Positions 25,015 to 38,457 of a stretch of 64,000 nt of DNA are shown one piece after another (within the stretch, counting starts at the first letter, position 1; the number at the start of each line of letters is the position of its first letter). The translations under genes and the position numbers were made by a program. The notes beneath the pieces are model-generated. The model worked only from the letters and a program-made list of their open reading frames with translations, was not told the DNA's origin and did not search any database. This DNA comes from Isurus oxyrinchus (Eukaryota), in NCBI GenBank assembly GCA_026770705.1, contig JANJGN010000004.1, positions 171,864,001-171,928,000 on the forward strand, given 5' to 3'.

Positions 25015-25740
25015 ATTATCCTCATTCCCTTGATGGCTCAATGGGTTCTGAATTAGGCTTAACTTAAATGGTTGTCGAGCAATGAAAATAGCTTCAGTAG
25101 CCATAGATTATGGATGGAGGAAAATAAACTATTCGCACTCTGGATGATTATTCATAAGGAATTTAGCAGAAACATATTCCTAGAATCATTTGATGATGCA
25201 GCACAGAAGGAGACCATTTGGCTCTTCATACCTGTGCTAGCTCTTTCAAAGAATTATTCAAACAATCCCTACCCCTGCTCTTTTCCTATAGTCCAGTAAG
25301 TCTCTACCCTTCAAGTATTAATCCAATTAACTTTTGAATGTGTTATGAACAGGAGGGGGGTTTAATTTAGAACAGCCCTAATTTCTCCACTCACAATCCA
25401 TCCGTAAACAGAAAGGTATTTTTGATTTTTGATTTTCCCCTTTATAAGTGGTGGTGTATTTTCCCAATACTTCAGTTTTGGAGTGATACAATCCTCTATT
25501 AATAACCCCATGGCAAAATTGAGATAGGGTAAAATCAGAGAGTTAGTTTATTTTACACACACCCAAAAATGTAGGAAGTAGGTTTGTGATGTCCCTCACT
25601 TCTGTGTTTATGCAATAAAAGAGGGATAAGTGAAAGAAAGGGGTTCAGGGCAAAGACCACAAGCAAAAAAAAAAATATGGTTCCATATGAGTCCAGAGTC
25701 CAGGATCAAAACGTCCAATGATGTATTCCTTCAGAAGTTT

Positions 25741-27343
25741 AGCATAGAAAGGGAGGAGGTTCTAAGTGGTCCGGCAGGCTTAAAAGTATATAAATCTCCT
25801 GGCCCGGATGAAATGTATCCCAGGCTGTTGAGTAAGGCAAAGGAGGAGATAGCAGGGGCACTGGCAATAATTTTCAATACCTATCTGGCCACAGGAGAGG
25901 TGCCAGAGGACTGGAGGACAGCCAATGTGGTACCATTATTCAAGAAGGGAGGAAGGGATAAACCAGGGAACTACAGGCCAGTCAGTCTAACCTCAGTGGT
26001 GGGGAAACTATTGGAAGCAATTCTGAGGGACACTTGGAGAGGCAGGGACTAATCAAGGACAGTCAGCATGGTTTTGTTAAGGGGAGGTCATGTCTGACCA
26101 ATTTGATTGAATTCTTCGAAGAGGTGACCAGGTGTGTAGATGAGGGCAATGCATTTGACGTAGTCTACTTGGACTTCAGCAAGGCTCTTGATAAGGTCCT
26201 GCATGGGAGACTGATAACGAAGGTAAGAGCCCATGGGATCCAAGGCAATTTGGCAAATTGGATCCAGAATTGGCTGAGTGGCAGGAAGCAGATGGTGATG
26301 ATCGAGGGGTGCTTTTGTAACTGGATGCCTGTGTCCAGTGGGGTTCCACATGGATCGGTGTTGGGTCCCTTACTGTTTGTGGTATATATAAGCAATTTAG
26401 ACCTGAATGTAGGAGGGTTGATCAGTAAGTTCGCGGATGATACGAAAATTGACGGGGTGGTAAAAAGTGAGGAGGAGAGCCTTAGATTACAGGAGGATAT
26501 GGATGGGCTGGTCAAATGGGCTGATCAGTGGCAAATGGAATTTAATCCGGATAAGTGTGAGATGATGCACTTGGGCAGGACAAACAAGGCACGGGAATAT
26601 TCGATGAATGGTAGGACCCTGGAAAGTGCCAAAGATCAGAGGGACCTTGATGTGCATGTCCTGTGGTCTCTTAAGGTAGCGGGACAGGTAGATAAGGTGA
26701 TTAAGAAGGCATATGGGATACTTGCCTTTATTAGCCGAGGCATAGAATATAAGAGCAAGGAGGTTATGCTGGAACAGTATAAAATGCTGGTTAGGCCATA
26801 GCTAGAGTATTGCGTGCAGTCCTGGAAACCGCATTGGAGAGTGCAGAGGAGAGTGCAGAGGAGATTTACCAGGATGTCGCCTGGGCTGGAGAGTTTTAGT
26901 TATGAGGAGAGATTGGATAGACGGGGGTTATTTTCCCTGGAGCAGAGAGTTTGAGGGGGGACATGATTGAGGTGTATAAAATTATGTGGGGCATAGATAG
27001 GGTAGATAGGAAGGAACTTTTCCCTGTGGTGGAGGGATCAATAATCAGGGAGAATAGATTTAAGGTAAGGGGAAGGAGATTTAGAGAGGGTGTGAGGAAG
27101 AATTTTTTTCACTCAGAGGGTGGTGGGAATCTGGAACTCACTGCCTGAAAGGATGGTAGAGGCAGAAACCCTCACAACATTTAAGAAGCATTTGGATGTG
27201 CACTTGCGATGCCATGACATACATGGCTATGGGCCTAGTGCTGGAAAATGGGATTAGAATACTTAAATACTTGTTTGACCAGTGCAGACTCGATGGGCCA
27301 AAGGGCCTTTTTCTGTGCTGTAGACCTCTATGACTCTATGACT
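25741..27343 (+). mobile_element. Young 5'-truncated CR1 LINE (ORF2 RT pseudogene)
   Basis: KSPGPDEMYPR, PEDWRTANVVPLFKKG, NYRPVSLTS, QHGF, YLDFSKA, GVPHGSVLGP, KFADDTK; ends in CTATGACT octamer repeats. Confidence 0.95.
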
Positions 27344-28454
27344 AAGACTACAAGTTGGCAGGCTGAAACCGTTGTAGTGTGACCCACTTTTCCAGAAGCG
27401 ATGACTTCCACAATGGCAGAAGGAAAGTAGAGATGAATTAGTCTTATAGTCAGATGTTCCAGTAGAACATAGTGTAGACGAGGGACAGACAATTTGAACC
27501 TGGGCAGAGCTCTTTGTTGCTATCTGTTAGGTGGTAAATGGTGGACAGAGGCAGGCTGCTATCCTGAAGTTCTGCTTGTCTTTTGAGGCTAAACAGTGAC
27601 TGAATATAGAACCCAAAAGCTGTACAATTAATGCAATTCAAACAGCTCAAGTCTCAGTCATGACAAGGTGGTTTCAGGTTGAGCTATTCAGCTAATGATG
27701 CCTCGCCTTGTTAAAACCACTTGTGTTTTGAGCAGGCAACTGTAGAGCCATTAGCACAACGTTGGAAATGAGGAGCCCCAATAGCTCTGCGTTTGTCCAG
27801 CACTGCTGGTGCCCTTTGTGTTGGCTTGGTTGTAATATTTATACAGTGCATGAGTGTTACATTCCAGGACTTTGATGAGTTAGCCTTTGTCCATTTTTAA
27901 ACTGCTCAGAGCTTCCAGAACTATCATCACGTGGTCAGCTGTGGCCATTTTATCAGTCCAGTCATTTGCTGCCACTGCATTCCAGATCACAATAACTTTG
28001 TAAGTCATTTTAAGGCCAGTTTTAAGTTAATTCAACAGACTTTCAGTGAATTATGTCAACATAGCTAGAAACAACAATCTCAAGTTCAGCACATGACCCA
28101 GGGACATCTTGGAATTGATTTTTTGTATTTCTGTGGGTCAGCAAAAACAGTATGTACCCCTGATATTTAAAGTTTTTAGTTGAAGAAACAATGTAGAGAT
28201 ATGTATACCTATACCCGTGATAACATTTTAAATGTGTACCAGAAGAAACAGATTAATTGAAAGCAATGTACCCTGACGGCAAGCTGAAGGATGAACTCCA
28301 ACATTCACATTTTCAAGTTTATAGTATTATTTCATCCTTTTAAGTCATACATAATAGTTAATTAAAACCTATATATAACGTTATATTCGCTATAGTAAGC
28401 TAACAAGGTCAAGTCACCATTTTGTACTAAGATTGGGCCAAAGAAGCCATTTCT

Positions 28455-30364
28455 TTTATTTGTTCATGGGATGTGGACATTGTTGGCATCTATTTCCCAT
28501 CCCTAATTGCCCTTGAAAACATACAAACATATGAACTAGGAGCAGAGGTAGGCTTATCGGCTCCTCCATCCGACTCCGCCATACATTAAAATCATGGCTG
28601 ATCTGTTTGTGTTTCGAGTTCTACATCCCCACTAACTCCGATAACCTTTGATTCCCTTGCCTAACAAGAATCTATCTAATTCTGCCTTAAAAATATTCAG
28701 TGACCTCACTTCCACTGCCTTCTGAGGCAGGGAGTTCCAAAGTCGCACAACCGTCAGAGAGAAAAAAATCTCCTTATCTCTGTTCTTTTAGGGTGGCCTC
28801 TAATTTTAAAACCGTGCCCCCTAGTTATGTACTCACCCACAAGAGGAAACATCCTTTCCACTTCTACCTTGTCAAGACCACACAGGATCTTACATACTTC
28901 AATCAAGTCGCGCCTCAGTCTCCTAAACTTTGGTGGACACATCCCCAATCTGCCCAATTTACCTTCATAAGACAACCTGCTCATTCCAGGTATCAATCTA
29001 GTAAACCTCCTCTGTAGCGCCTCCTATGCATTTACATCCTTCCTTAATTAAGGAGACCAAAACTACACACAGTGTGCACAGAGGTGATAGTGCACTTCTT
29101 CTTGAACCGCTGCAGTCCATGTGCTGCAGGGACACTGACAGTGCTGTTAGGGAGGGAATTCTCAGATTTTGACCCAGCAACAGTGAAGGAATGGCGATAT
29201 AGTTCCAAGTCAGGATGTTGTGTGACTTGGAGGGGAACTTGCAGGTGGCAGTGTTCCCATGCATCTGATGCCCTTGTCCTAGGTGGTAGAGGTCACAGGT
29301 TTGGCAGGTGCTGTTGAAGGAGTCTTGGTGAGTTGCTCAGTGCATCTTGTAGATGGAACACACTGCTGCCAATATGCATCGGTGGTGGAGATAGTGAATG
29401 TTTAAGATGGTGGGTGAGGTACCAATCAAGCAGGCTACTTTGTCCTGGATGGTGTCAAGTTTCTTGACTGTTGTTGGAGCTGCACTCGTCCAGGCAAGCG
29501 GAGAGTATTCCATCACACTCCTGACCTGTGCCATGTAGGTGGTGGACAGGCTTTGGGGAATCAGGAGGTAGGTTACTCACCACAGAATTCCCTGTTCTTG
29601 TAGCCACAGTATTTATATGGCTAATCCAGTTCAGTTTCTGGTCAATAGGATACCGATAATGGGGGATTCAGTGATGGTAATGCCATTGAATGTCAAGGGC
29701 AGGTGGTTAGATTCTCTCTTGCTGCAGATGGTCATTGCATGGCATTCTTGTGGCATGAATGTTACTTGCCACTTATCAGCCCGGTTGGAATATTGTCCAG
29801 GTCTTTCTGCATTTAAGCACAGACTACTTCATTATCTGAGGAGTCACAAATGGTGCAATCATCAGCAAACATCCCCATTTCTGACCTTATGATGGTGGGG
29901 GAGGTCATTAATGGAACAGCTGAAGATGGCTGGGCCCTGAGGAACTCCTGCAGTGATGTCCTGGAACTGAGATGACTGATCTCCAACAACTACAACCATC
30001 TTCCTTTGTGCTAGGTATGAATCCAATTAGTGGAGGGTTTTCCCTGATTTCCACTGATTCCAGTTTTGCTAGGGCTCCTCGATGCCACACTCAAGTCAAA
30101 TGTGGCCTTGATGTCAAGGGCAGTCACTCTCATCTCACCTCTTGAGTTCAGCTCTTTTGTCCAGGATAGAACAAAGGCTGTAATGAGGTCAGGAGCTGAG
30201 TGGCCCTGCTGGAACCCAAACTGAGTGTCAGTGAGCAGGATATTGCTGAGTAAGTGCCACTTGATAGCACTGTTGCTGACATTTCCATTACTTTGCTGAT
30301 GATCGAGAATGCAATGATGGGGCAGTAATTGGCCGGGTTGAATTTGTCCTGCTTTTTGTGTTCT
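28455..30364 (-). mobile_element. 5'-truncated family B LINE, interrupted near its 3' end by a CR1
   Basis: ORFs 30011..30382 (HSAPDLITA, VTALDIKATFD) and 29337..29534 (QVRSVMEYSPLAW); tail at 28455-28518. Confidence 0.9.
28519..29080 (-). mobile_element. CR1 3' fragment (nested)
   Basis: ORF 28754..28996 (LSYEGKLGRLG..RRLRRDLIEVCKIL) plus 3' UTR. Confidence 0.85.
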
Positions 30365-30599
30365 GTATTTATAATCATTCACTTGAATTAATCAATGATT
30401 GTGTAATTATAAGAAGCCAGAAAGTTGATTGACTAAGTAGTATACCTCAATTTATGTTATAATTGAAGAATTAGTAATTAATCAAGTAGTTATTGTTAAG
30501 GCTGAGTTATATTCAAAATTATGTAAGTTTGTTTTAAAATGTATTAATCAGCCATTGTGAGTTCTGCTTGTTTCTGAGTTTTATATCAGCTGTAAACTT

Positions 30600-31395
30600 T
30601 GAAATTATTCCCTTTCTACCAAAGTCCAGGTCTTTAATAAATATATGTAAAAAGAAGTGGTCCTAGCACCAAGTGTTCAGGAATACCAGAGTATAATTCC
30701 TTCCAGAAATAAACCAATTGTACTCCACTATTTTCTGTCCTTTGGCCAATTTTTGCATATAAGCTGCCCTTTAATTCCATGGGCTATAATTTTACTAAAA
30801 CATCCATAATGTGGTACCTTTGAAAGTCCATGTACAAAAAATCAACTATGCTACCCCTATCAACCCACTCTGTCACTTCATCACAGAACTCAATCAATGT
30901 CTCTATGTTTCCCCATCATAGGAACATAAGAACATAGGAGCAGGAGTAGGCCATTCGGCCCTTTGAGCTTGCTCCACTATTCAGTAAGATCATGGCTGAT
31001 CTGGTTGTGGTCTGCTCTCCTGTCTGCCTGCCCCATAACCCGTGACTCAAAAATCTGTCTAACCGTGAATGACAGGCTGATTTAGCTTGCAGTCACAATG
31101 TTTATCCCTCTCCCCCTTTCTCAGCAGTGTAACATTTGCATTTATTTACCCAAATGAATTCATTAGGGAATCTAGGAGTAACTTTTCTACTCGAGTGTTG
31201 AGGATGAGGATTTTGCTACCACGTGAAGTAGCTGAAGCGAATAACATAGGGACATTAAAGCCAATGCTGGAGAAGTACATAGGGAAGAAATGAGTACAAA
31301 GTTATATTGATAGGGTGAGATGAAGTAGGGTGGGAGGTGGCTTGTTTGGAGTATAAACACTCAAACAGACTAGTTGGGAGGAATGGCCTGTTTTT
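30600..31395. mobile_element. Cluster of short CR1 fragments on both strands
   Basis: Reverse RT remnant at 30600-30900, reverse 3' UTR at 30920-31070, forward 3' end at 31160-31395. Confidence 0.6.
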
Positions 31396-32580
31396 ATGCT
31401 GGATTTTCATCATCGAGGCAGGTAGTGGGAATCAGAAAATCCCTGGCTTGGCCCACCTATTTCAAGAGAAAGTGCCCACCATGATGGGGTTTTCATTCAT
31501 CATTGGTGGGGGTGGGGGGGGGGGTTGCAGTTTTGGGGGTGGGGGTGGGGGTGGGGGTGGGTAGGCAAGGTGAGGGCTGCAGTCAGGCCAGCTGATTTGC
31601 AAAAAAGTTCAGAGGCTGCTTAAAAGGTGCTGTAGGACTTTGTCATAGTTATAATAAAACACAGAAAGGCCCTACAGCCCTCACCTCTCACACCCCTACC
31701 CACTCTCCATGCTACCTCATACTCCCCACTCATCCACCATGTCACCTTAAGTCCCCCATGCAAAGGTACACCCCCAACCCATCCCCTACGGCCACCTCAT
31801 GCCCAGCTATGGCAGTTCCATGCTCATTTACTCACTATATACTGTAGAGAATCAATGAGCTCAGTCATTCACAGATAACTTTCCACTTTCTTTATGGATA
31901 ATAAGGATTAGCTGAGAGCCCAGAAATCCATTAGAGTACCAAAATGATTGCTTTATTGACAGCTCTGGATCCCTGATCTATGCTTTCAACTGCACAATGT
32001 TTATTTACACAAAGTATAGAGGTTTCAAGTGCTTGCAGTTTCTGCTTTCAATACTTTGAAGGGTCTGGATGATTGACCCTTTTATTGGCTTGCAGTTAAA
32101 GGGATATTTTTAAGAAAGCATAAAGTTATCAATCAATGACTTTTTAAAAAAAAACTTTTTAAAAACATATTCAATTGTCACTCTAGGGTTCATTGGTTCT
32201 ATACAGTGTATAGTGGGTGAATGGGCCATAGAGGGTGGATGGGGGGCATATCATGACATGGAGGGTCTGAGGGGGTGTATGTCTTGGATGGGGGGCATGA
32301 GGAGGACCTTTTGAATTTAACTTTCAAAAAGGTTCCCTTATGCAGATTATGGTTCATGGCACCTCTGAGGTGCTGTGAACCATGACTCATTGAAAAGCTG
32401 CGGAAGTCTAGGACATGCCAATTCCTGCAATGGAGCCAGCTGGGTTGGGAGTGCATGGTGTGGGCTCGCAACCTGAACAAATCCACACCTTTAAAAGGTA
32501 CCATTAAAAATTGGAAACGTCAGGAATGGGGTCGGGAATCCCAGATTTGGGAATCTCCCCAACTCCACGAAGGTCTAGCC
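31396..32580. mobile_element. Harbinger-like non-autonomous element with internal inverted repeats
   Basis: Ends GCTGGATTTTC / GAAGGTCTAGCC; internal arms at about 31780-31860 and 32185-32260 are inverted; resembles 48112-49455. Confidence 0.5.
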
Positions 32581-35500
32581 TGTAATATCTGGTGAACAAT
32601 CTGTTGAACAAGGACAGGGACAGGATCACACAAGAGAGATGACTATTTAGATGAAACTCCAAAATGGCTACTTGTGGAAGGGTAACCCTGAGACAAATCA
32701 CGTCCTTCAAGAGAGAAGTGAAAAAAAGGAAGAAAAGAAAACATGATCCTTAAACTGCTATATATAAAACAATCCATTTCTGTCAGCAAGCTCCATGGAG
32801 AAAATCCAAACAAGGTGTTCCAGGCATTTCACAGTCCATAACAATGAAACTCAAATGCTTTGTGGTTGATTAGATTACTGCCTGCAATTCAGTGACAGAT
32901 ATCTCGAGTTATTCCTCAGGCAGCAATTTGTGCAAATTATCTCCCATGATATGGACCTTCATTTTATGGGAGGACAGGTCAGGCAATCAGGTACAGAGGT
33001 CAGTATGATCAACTCATGGCTCCCCTTCATAGCCCATTTATTCACATTAATAACTAACAATTTGAAGGGCTGAGAATCAGCCTTCCTGTTATTTGTCCTC
33101 TGATAAAAAAAGTTCAACATGACATAGCACTTAAAATAACTTAACTTTGATGGTATTGGATTGAAAGAACAGGCAGTTATTAGGAGAACAAGAAACGTTG
33201 GTGTTCACTGTATGTAATATATTATAAAATAATTCTTTTCCAGTCAGAAAAACACGGTAACATGTAAACATTATTATTTGAAAACATGGTATTTAAATAA
33301 GAAAGAATGTGAAATGACATTTCTGTGTAGCAACTATCAAAATCAACTTTATAGAATATAGTCTTGAAATCATAATGTGGAATAAATGTATGAAAGCTGA
33401 ACAGAGATGTCTAGAATGTCTTCATTCTGTTTTTTTGCCAAGATGTAAATCCATTTAAAATAAATACATTCAGCTAAAATAATGTGCAAAGCAAATTCAG
33501 ATGTGCACTGTAAGCATTCATATATGCTACTATCCCAGGATGTCTTTTCAAGGCCCAATGATAAACCTTTGCATACATACAGTGCCATACTTTTTTATGT
33601 ACAGACAAATAAGCTGCTGAATATCATTAGAATGGCTGTTATTAACTGACAATTTGGTTTATGGAAAAAAGCAAACCGGCCATAAATGAGAGAATTTCTT
33701 TTGCTGAGGGAAGTGCTTTCGTAATGTAGAAGAGCTTCAAATGTTGTCTATAAATAATTTCTACCAGCTACGTTTACTAATTATTGCCCTTATTTCCCTT
33801 AGGGTGGCTCAGTCACTGTGGCTCATTTACAGTCTTGGGGAAGATTTGAAAGCTTTACTGCAAGGCCTGCGTAGAAGCTCAAGGGCTTGCATTTGAACAC
33901 CTTGTTTAAATTTTCTTTTCTTTTGGCACCCCACTGTTATTTTGCCAGACTTTGTTCAAACTCCATACCTCCAAGGTATAATAGGCCATACTGTAGCTTA
34001 ACATCATTCATTGAAAAGCTTGGGGGGGTGGTGGGGGGGGAAAGGAAAAAAAAAAGGCAATGGCATAGTTAGTGATTAATACCTGATGGAATGACAGCTC
34101 TGAGTGAAACTAAAGGCTCACACCATTTTTCATGCAGCTTTTCTTCATTGTAGTTAGCTGACACACTGTCAACCTTTCACTACATAGAAAAAGAATTTAA
34201 AAATAGCTGGTATAGTTCAACAAGCAAATATAAATGTGAGTGAGTCAGAATCATACATGACCTGACTCCACTGTATGAGGAGCAATTCAAGCAAGTAGCA
34301 CCAAGGTTACAGATGACCTGCAATGAAGCTCCCTTCAGCCTCTGGCTGTTGAGACTGCCTTTTGATTTGAGTCATTGCTCACAGATAAAAGACTCCAAAT
34401 GGCATATGCTTTTATTGAAGTAGCCTGCTTTTCTAAGCTAAGGACTCTGGAGGGAGAGCCATAAAACAGAGGGATAACATGCACCACATCCTTGGGGAAA
34501 TCTTGTTTTATCTATGATAATGAAGCTGAAAGGAATCTAAATATACTGGTACTGTGGACTTGCTTAAGATACTACAAAGAATGGATAACTTACTTACTAA
34601 TGCTGGAGTATGACACTGTAAATATTGGTATTACAATATTTTCCAGTCACTAGTTTTATAACTATGCACCATTCAACTCTTTAAAGAATGAGTAATGTTT
34701 TACTGATAACTTTTCTCCTTTTTAAAATTACTTCCCTACCTCTAAGCCAGATCCTATCCCCTAACAAGAAGGAGGGCAATCACTTATAGGAATCTCCCGA
34801 TACCATTTTTGATCCAGTGATTAGTATTTCCACTGTGGTGCACATGTCGTCCTAATTTCCCATTGAGCATTCTCGAGTTGTGCTTCTGATACTTCACTCC
34901 AAGTGGAAAGGTGGATTTGGTATCCATGAATCTATACCCCTACCTGAGTTAGTGCATAAATGCAAAGTTTGAAGGGTGAAAAATGGAAGATATTACAGGT
35001 GAACAGCACTTTAGAAAGCAACAGGACAAACACGGCCGTTCTATTTATTTTGCTGCACATTGTGCACATTGATTCATGTCAGGATTCATAGGTATCAGTT
35101 GCCTACTTGCACCTAAATTCCTCAGGGTGTTACAACTGTGAGGTTTTATAAGGTTGTTATGTTTTGGAACTGTGTCTTTAATTGAGGGTAAAATAGAGGA
35201 TCATGTGACCTGTTCTGAATACTGCTGATGACAAGCCTGGACAGCTCGGTATTAAAGATTAAAAGGGGGGTAGGGGGCTGGTTGTTTTACTGGGAGGAAG
35301 GTACAAAGTGTTCATGCCTGTAAACAATAATCAGAGTGACTGTGCTGATGTTGGATAGATTGTTGGTACGTCTCCGAGTCCCAGTGAGGTGTTAGGAATG
35401 TCAAGTCTTGTAAACAGTTATGCTTTAAACTGTCTATTTAAATTCCAAGATAGAATGGAGTTGTTTGGGGTGGGGGGTGGTCTCAGGGATAGCTAATTAG

Positions 35501-36314
35501 CATTTCTACCTGAATACAAGGCCTATATGATTCACATTTCCATGGAGATGGGCTTTGAGAGGGCAATAGTCTATTGGAAGCTTTTGTGGAATTGGGCTAC
35601 AGGTTTTCCTAAAAATATCACTGAACCTCACTGACTGTGCCAATCTGTGAGAATGTGAGTGAGTGTGAGAGAGAGAGAGAGAACAGAGAAATAGAGTCAG
35701 CAAGACTTTATTGTTTACCATGCAAAATGTGGGTGGGAGTGTGCGCTCAGATTAACGTAGCCAAGGTCATGAGGATTTGCCTAGGTTTGGCTAGAGGGAG
35801 GAATCTCCAGGGTAACCCCCACCATGAAAGTCAGTTCAGGGATAAGAAGTTATCCAATGAGAAAAGGTAAAAAAAAAGGAGCTAAGAATCACTTTGGACT
35901 CTTTTCAAGAATGATATTGGAAAATGCCTAGGATATTGGTGGAGATTTCACACCCTCTCACGACTGCAAATGAAGCATGTTCACCAAATGCTTCCACTAG
36001 CCATCATGGTCCCTGCTGTGATGACAATGTCATCTTCTAAAGAATCATGAAGTACAGCTGCTCCATAGTACTCAGCTTTTTAGTGTTCTTTTCTCAGCCA
36101 ATGTATCATTAATAATTATTTTTGTGTATGACAGTTCAGAATTAGTTACATTAATTGTAGCATCACACTTTTAATAAACCATAGGAATAAAATGCATTTT
36201 CACTTCATTTGGATATAGCTTCCTTTGCTGTTTGATAATTCATATTGCACTGTGGTAATGGAACATGTACAATATCCCCCAGTCAGGGTGACAAAGTAAA
36301 AAACTTTAAGTCAT

Positions 36315-36450
36315 GAACAGCATAGCAGTATACTGCAGATCCTGCAAACTCAGAACAAAAATAAAGAAGACCCTCAGCAGATCAGGCAGCAAACATGGAA
36401 AAGACAAACATGTGAACATTTCAAGTGGGTGAACTTCGTCAGAGCTGGAG
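36315..36450 (-). mobile_element. Old Penelope-like arm with hammerhead-like core
   Basis: Minus strand reads CTGACGA-AGTTCACCCACTT-GAAA-TGTTC. Confidence 0.5.
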
Positions 36451-36887
36451 GGTATTCCAGAGGAACAGAATTCAAAAAAGGAATCGGGCAAGGAGAAGGG
36501 GGAAGACACTCACATGTTTAGAGGGAAAGAGGTAGAATTGACCCGTAAAATGCCCCCTTTTCCCAGTCCTTTTAAAAATACTCCTGCTGTGTGATAGCTT
36601 TCAGTTCTGGTAAAGATCTCATGCACTCAAATCTTGAATTATATTTTTAACAGTATTCTTGGAAACCTCTTACATTTTGCTTTGGCCCTGCCAATTTTTC
36701 CTTCTCCACTTCTGAAGGCACTAACTCATGCACAAATAGGGACCCAAATGTGCCAACTGCATACTAATGCCTAATTCTGCAATGTCACAGAAGCATAGTA
36801 TGAAAAAGTGAAAATTAATACCCAGTTCACAATGAGGTGCATCACAGTAGAGCCTGGTGTCCTTTTCAGGTGTCCACTCTCACTCAT

Positions 36888-37400
36888 GAGAATATAGGAA
36901 TAGAAGTAGGTCAATGAGCCTCTCCAGCATGTTCCACCATTCAATGAGATCATGGTTGACCTGTGACCTAACTCCACATACCCAGCTTTCCCTTCATATT
37001 CTTTATTACTTTTGGCTAACAGAAGTCTATCAATCTCAGTTTTAAAATTAACAATTGACCTGGCATTATTTGCGGTTTGCAGAAGAGTTCCAAACCTCTC
37101 CCACCCTTTGCGTGAATTGGTGTTTCCTAATTTCACTCCTGAAAGGTTTGGCTTTAATTTTTTAACTATGCCCCCTTATCCTAGACTCTCCAACTAGCAG
37201 AGTTAATTTCTCCTAATCTAGGCTATTTGTTCCCCTTAATATTTTGAAAAGTATGATCAAAGCACCTCTTAAACTTCTGAATTCCAGGCGACACAAACTC
37301 AGTGTGTTTAATCTCTCCTTGTGGTTTAACCCTTGAAGTCCATTACTCTAGTAATCTAGTACTATTTTAGCACTTAGTCCAAGATCAAAATATCCTTTAC
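36888..37400 (-). mobile_element. CR1 3' fragment
   Basis: Reverse CR1 C-terminus (SIVNFKTEIDRLL) plus 3' UTR. Confidence 0.75.
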
Positions 37401-37941
37401 TTTTCAGACAGAGGGCCAGATTTTCAATTGTTGAAGAGGTCGGGAATGGATGCGGATGCGATTTAAAAATCGTGATGCAGGAGGGTTTCGCACTGTCCTA
37501 ACACCTCAGGATGCACTTCAATTTTCAAAGTGATGGCAAGGTGGCAGGGAAGTGGAACCAGCTTGCCTCCAATTAGCGACCCATTAAGCACCTTGATGAG
37601 TTTTTTAATGGGCCCAGAAGTTTGCAATTGCAATTTTCAAAAGTGAATTCTGTGAACACGAACAGTCTGCTGCACATTAGTGTACGGCCGTCAGGGTCAA
37701 AGCAGGGCGAAGGTAAAGTTTTATTTCATGACTTGTGTTATGGATAGGGTCAGGAGAGAACTGAAATCCTTGTATCCTCTTCCCTTACTCGGTGTTTTTT
37801 TGGAAAGGAAGGTGTGAATATTTCTCAACCCCTGAGCATGTGCTCAATTTTTAAACAATCAGCAGCAAGCTTGCGTGGGTTTAAATAAAGATGATTATTT
37901 ATTCATCCTGCAAGTCTTAATACTACGTGACTCGCACATGG

Positions 37942-37948
<7 letters not shown>

Positions 37949-37997
<49 letters not shown>

Positions 37998-37998
37998 A
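37949..37998. repeat. (CA)n microsatellite
   Basis: Seen directly. Confidence 0.97.
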
Positions 37999-38368
37999 CT
38001 CGAGAAAGAAACAAGAAACATTTCAAGAGAATAGTGCACTTTTAGAAGTTGTAAACAAAAGAATAGTTCATAGTTCACATGTTTGGCTTTTGTAGGAAAA
38101 CAGTCACTGAGGGCCCATTGGAGATATTGATTTCACTCTGAAAGGTTAATTTATGTGGGTTCAGCAGATGAAGTCACGTATCAGAACTATTGCAGGATTC
38201 CCTCAAAGAGATGGATACTCAGCAGGTCACAAACTGAGTCACTTGCAGCTTTCTTACCAGGAGGTCAAGTATCTGTTCTAGTGGTCTTTGAAAAAGGAAC
38301 AGGCTGGGAAGACTTTTAGGATGTAACAGTCTCCAGGTTTTTAAAAAAGCATGCATATTACATGGATA

Positions 38369-38457
38369 TTCCACAGATGTTGTCAGACCTGCTGAGTTTT
38401 TCCAGCATTTTCTATTTTGGTTTCAGATTTCCAGCAACTGCAGTAGTTTGCTTTTAT
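38369..38457 (+). mobile_element. Penelope-like single arm
   Basis: TCCACAGATGTTGTCAGACCTGCTGAGTTTTTCCAGCATTTTC. Confidence 0.7.

Noticed and set aside
25630-26801. Longest ORFs (140 and 255 aa) as a host gene or active RT
   Set aside because: They are frameshifted pieces of a 5'-truncated CR1 ORF2, with a stop at 26801.
25341-28225. Solo LTR (TGTTATG...GATAACA) interrupted by the CR1
   Set aside because: The termini are suggestive, but there is no TSD and the boundaries cannot be verified. The same applies to LTR-like stretches at about 35155-35900, 37730-38720 and 54980-55900.
17519-30562. 13 kb transposon bounded by ~308 bp TIRs
   Set aside because: No TSD or transposase is present. The left copy interrupts a LINE in register and includes the truncation junction of the other LINE, so a repair-templated insertion fits better.
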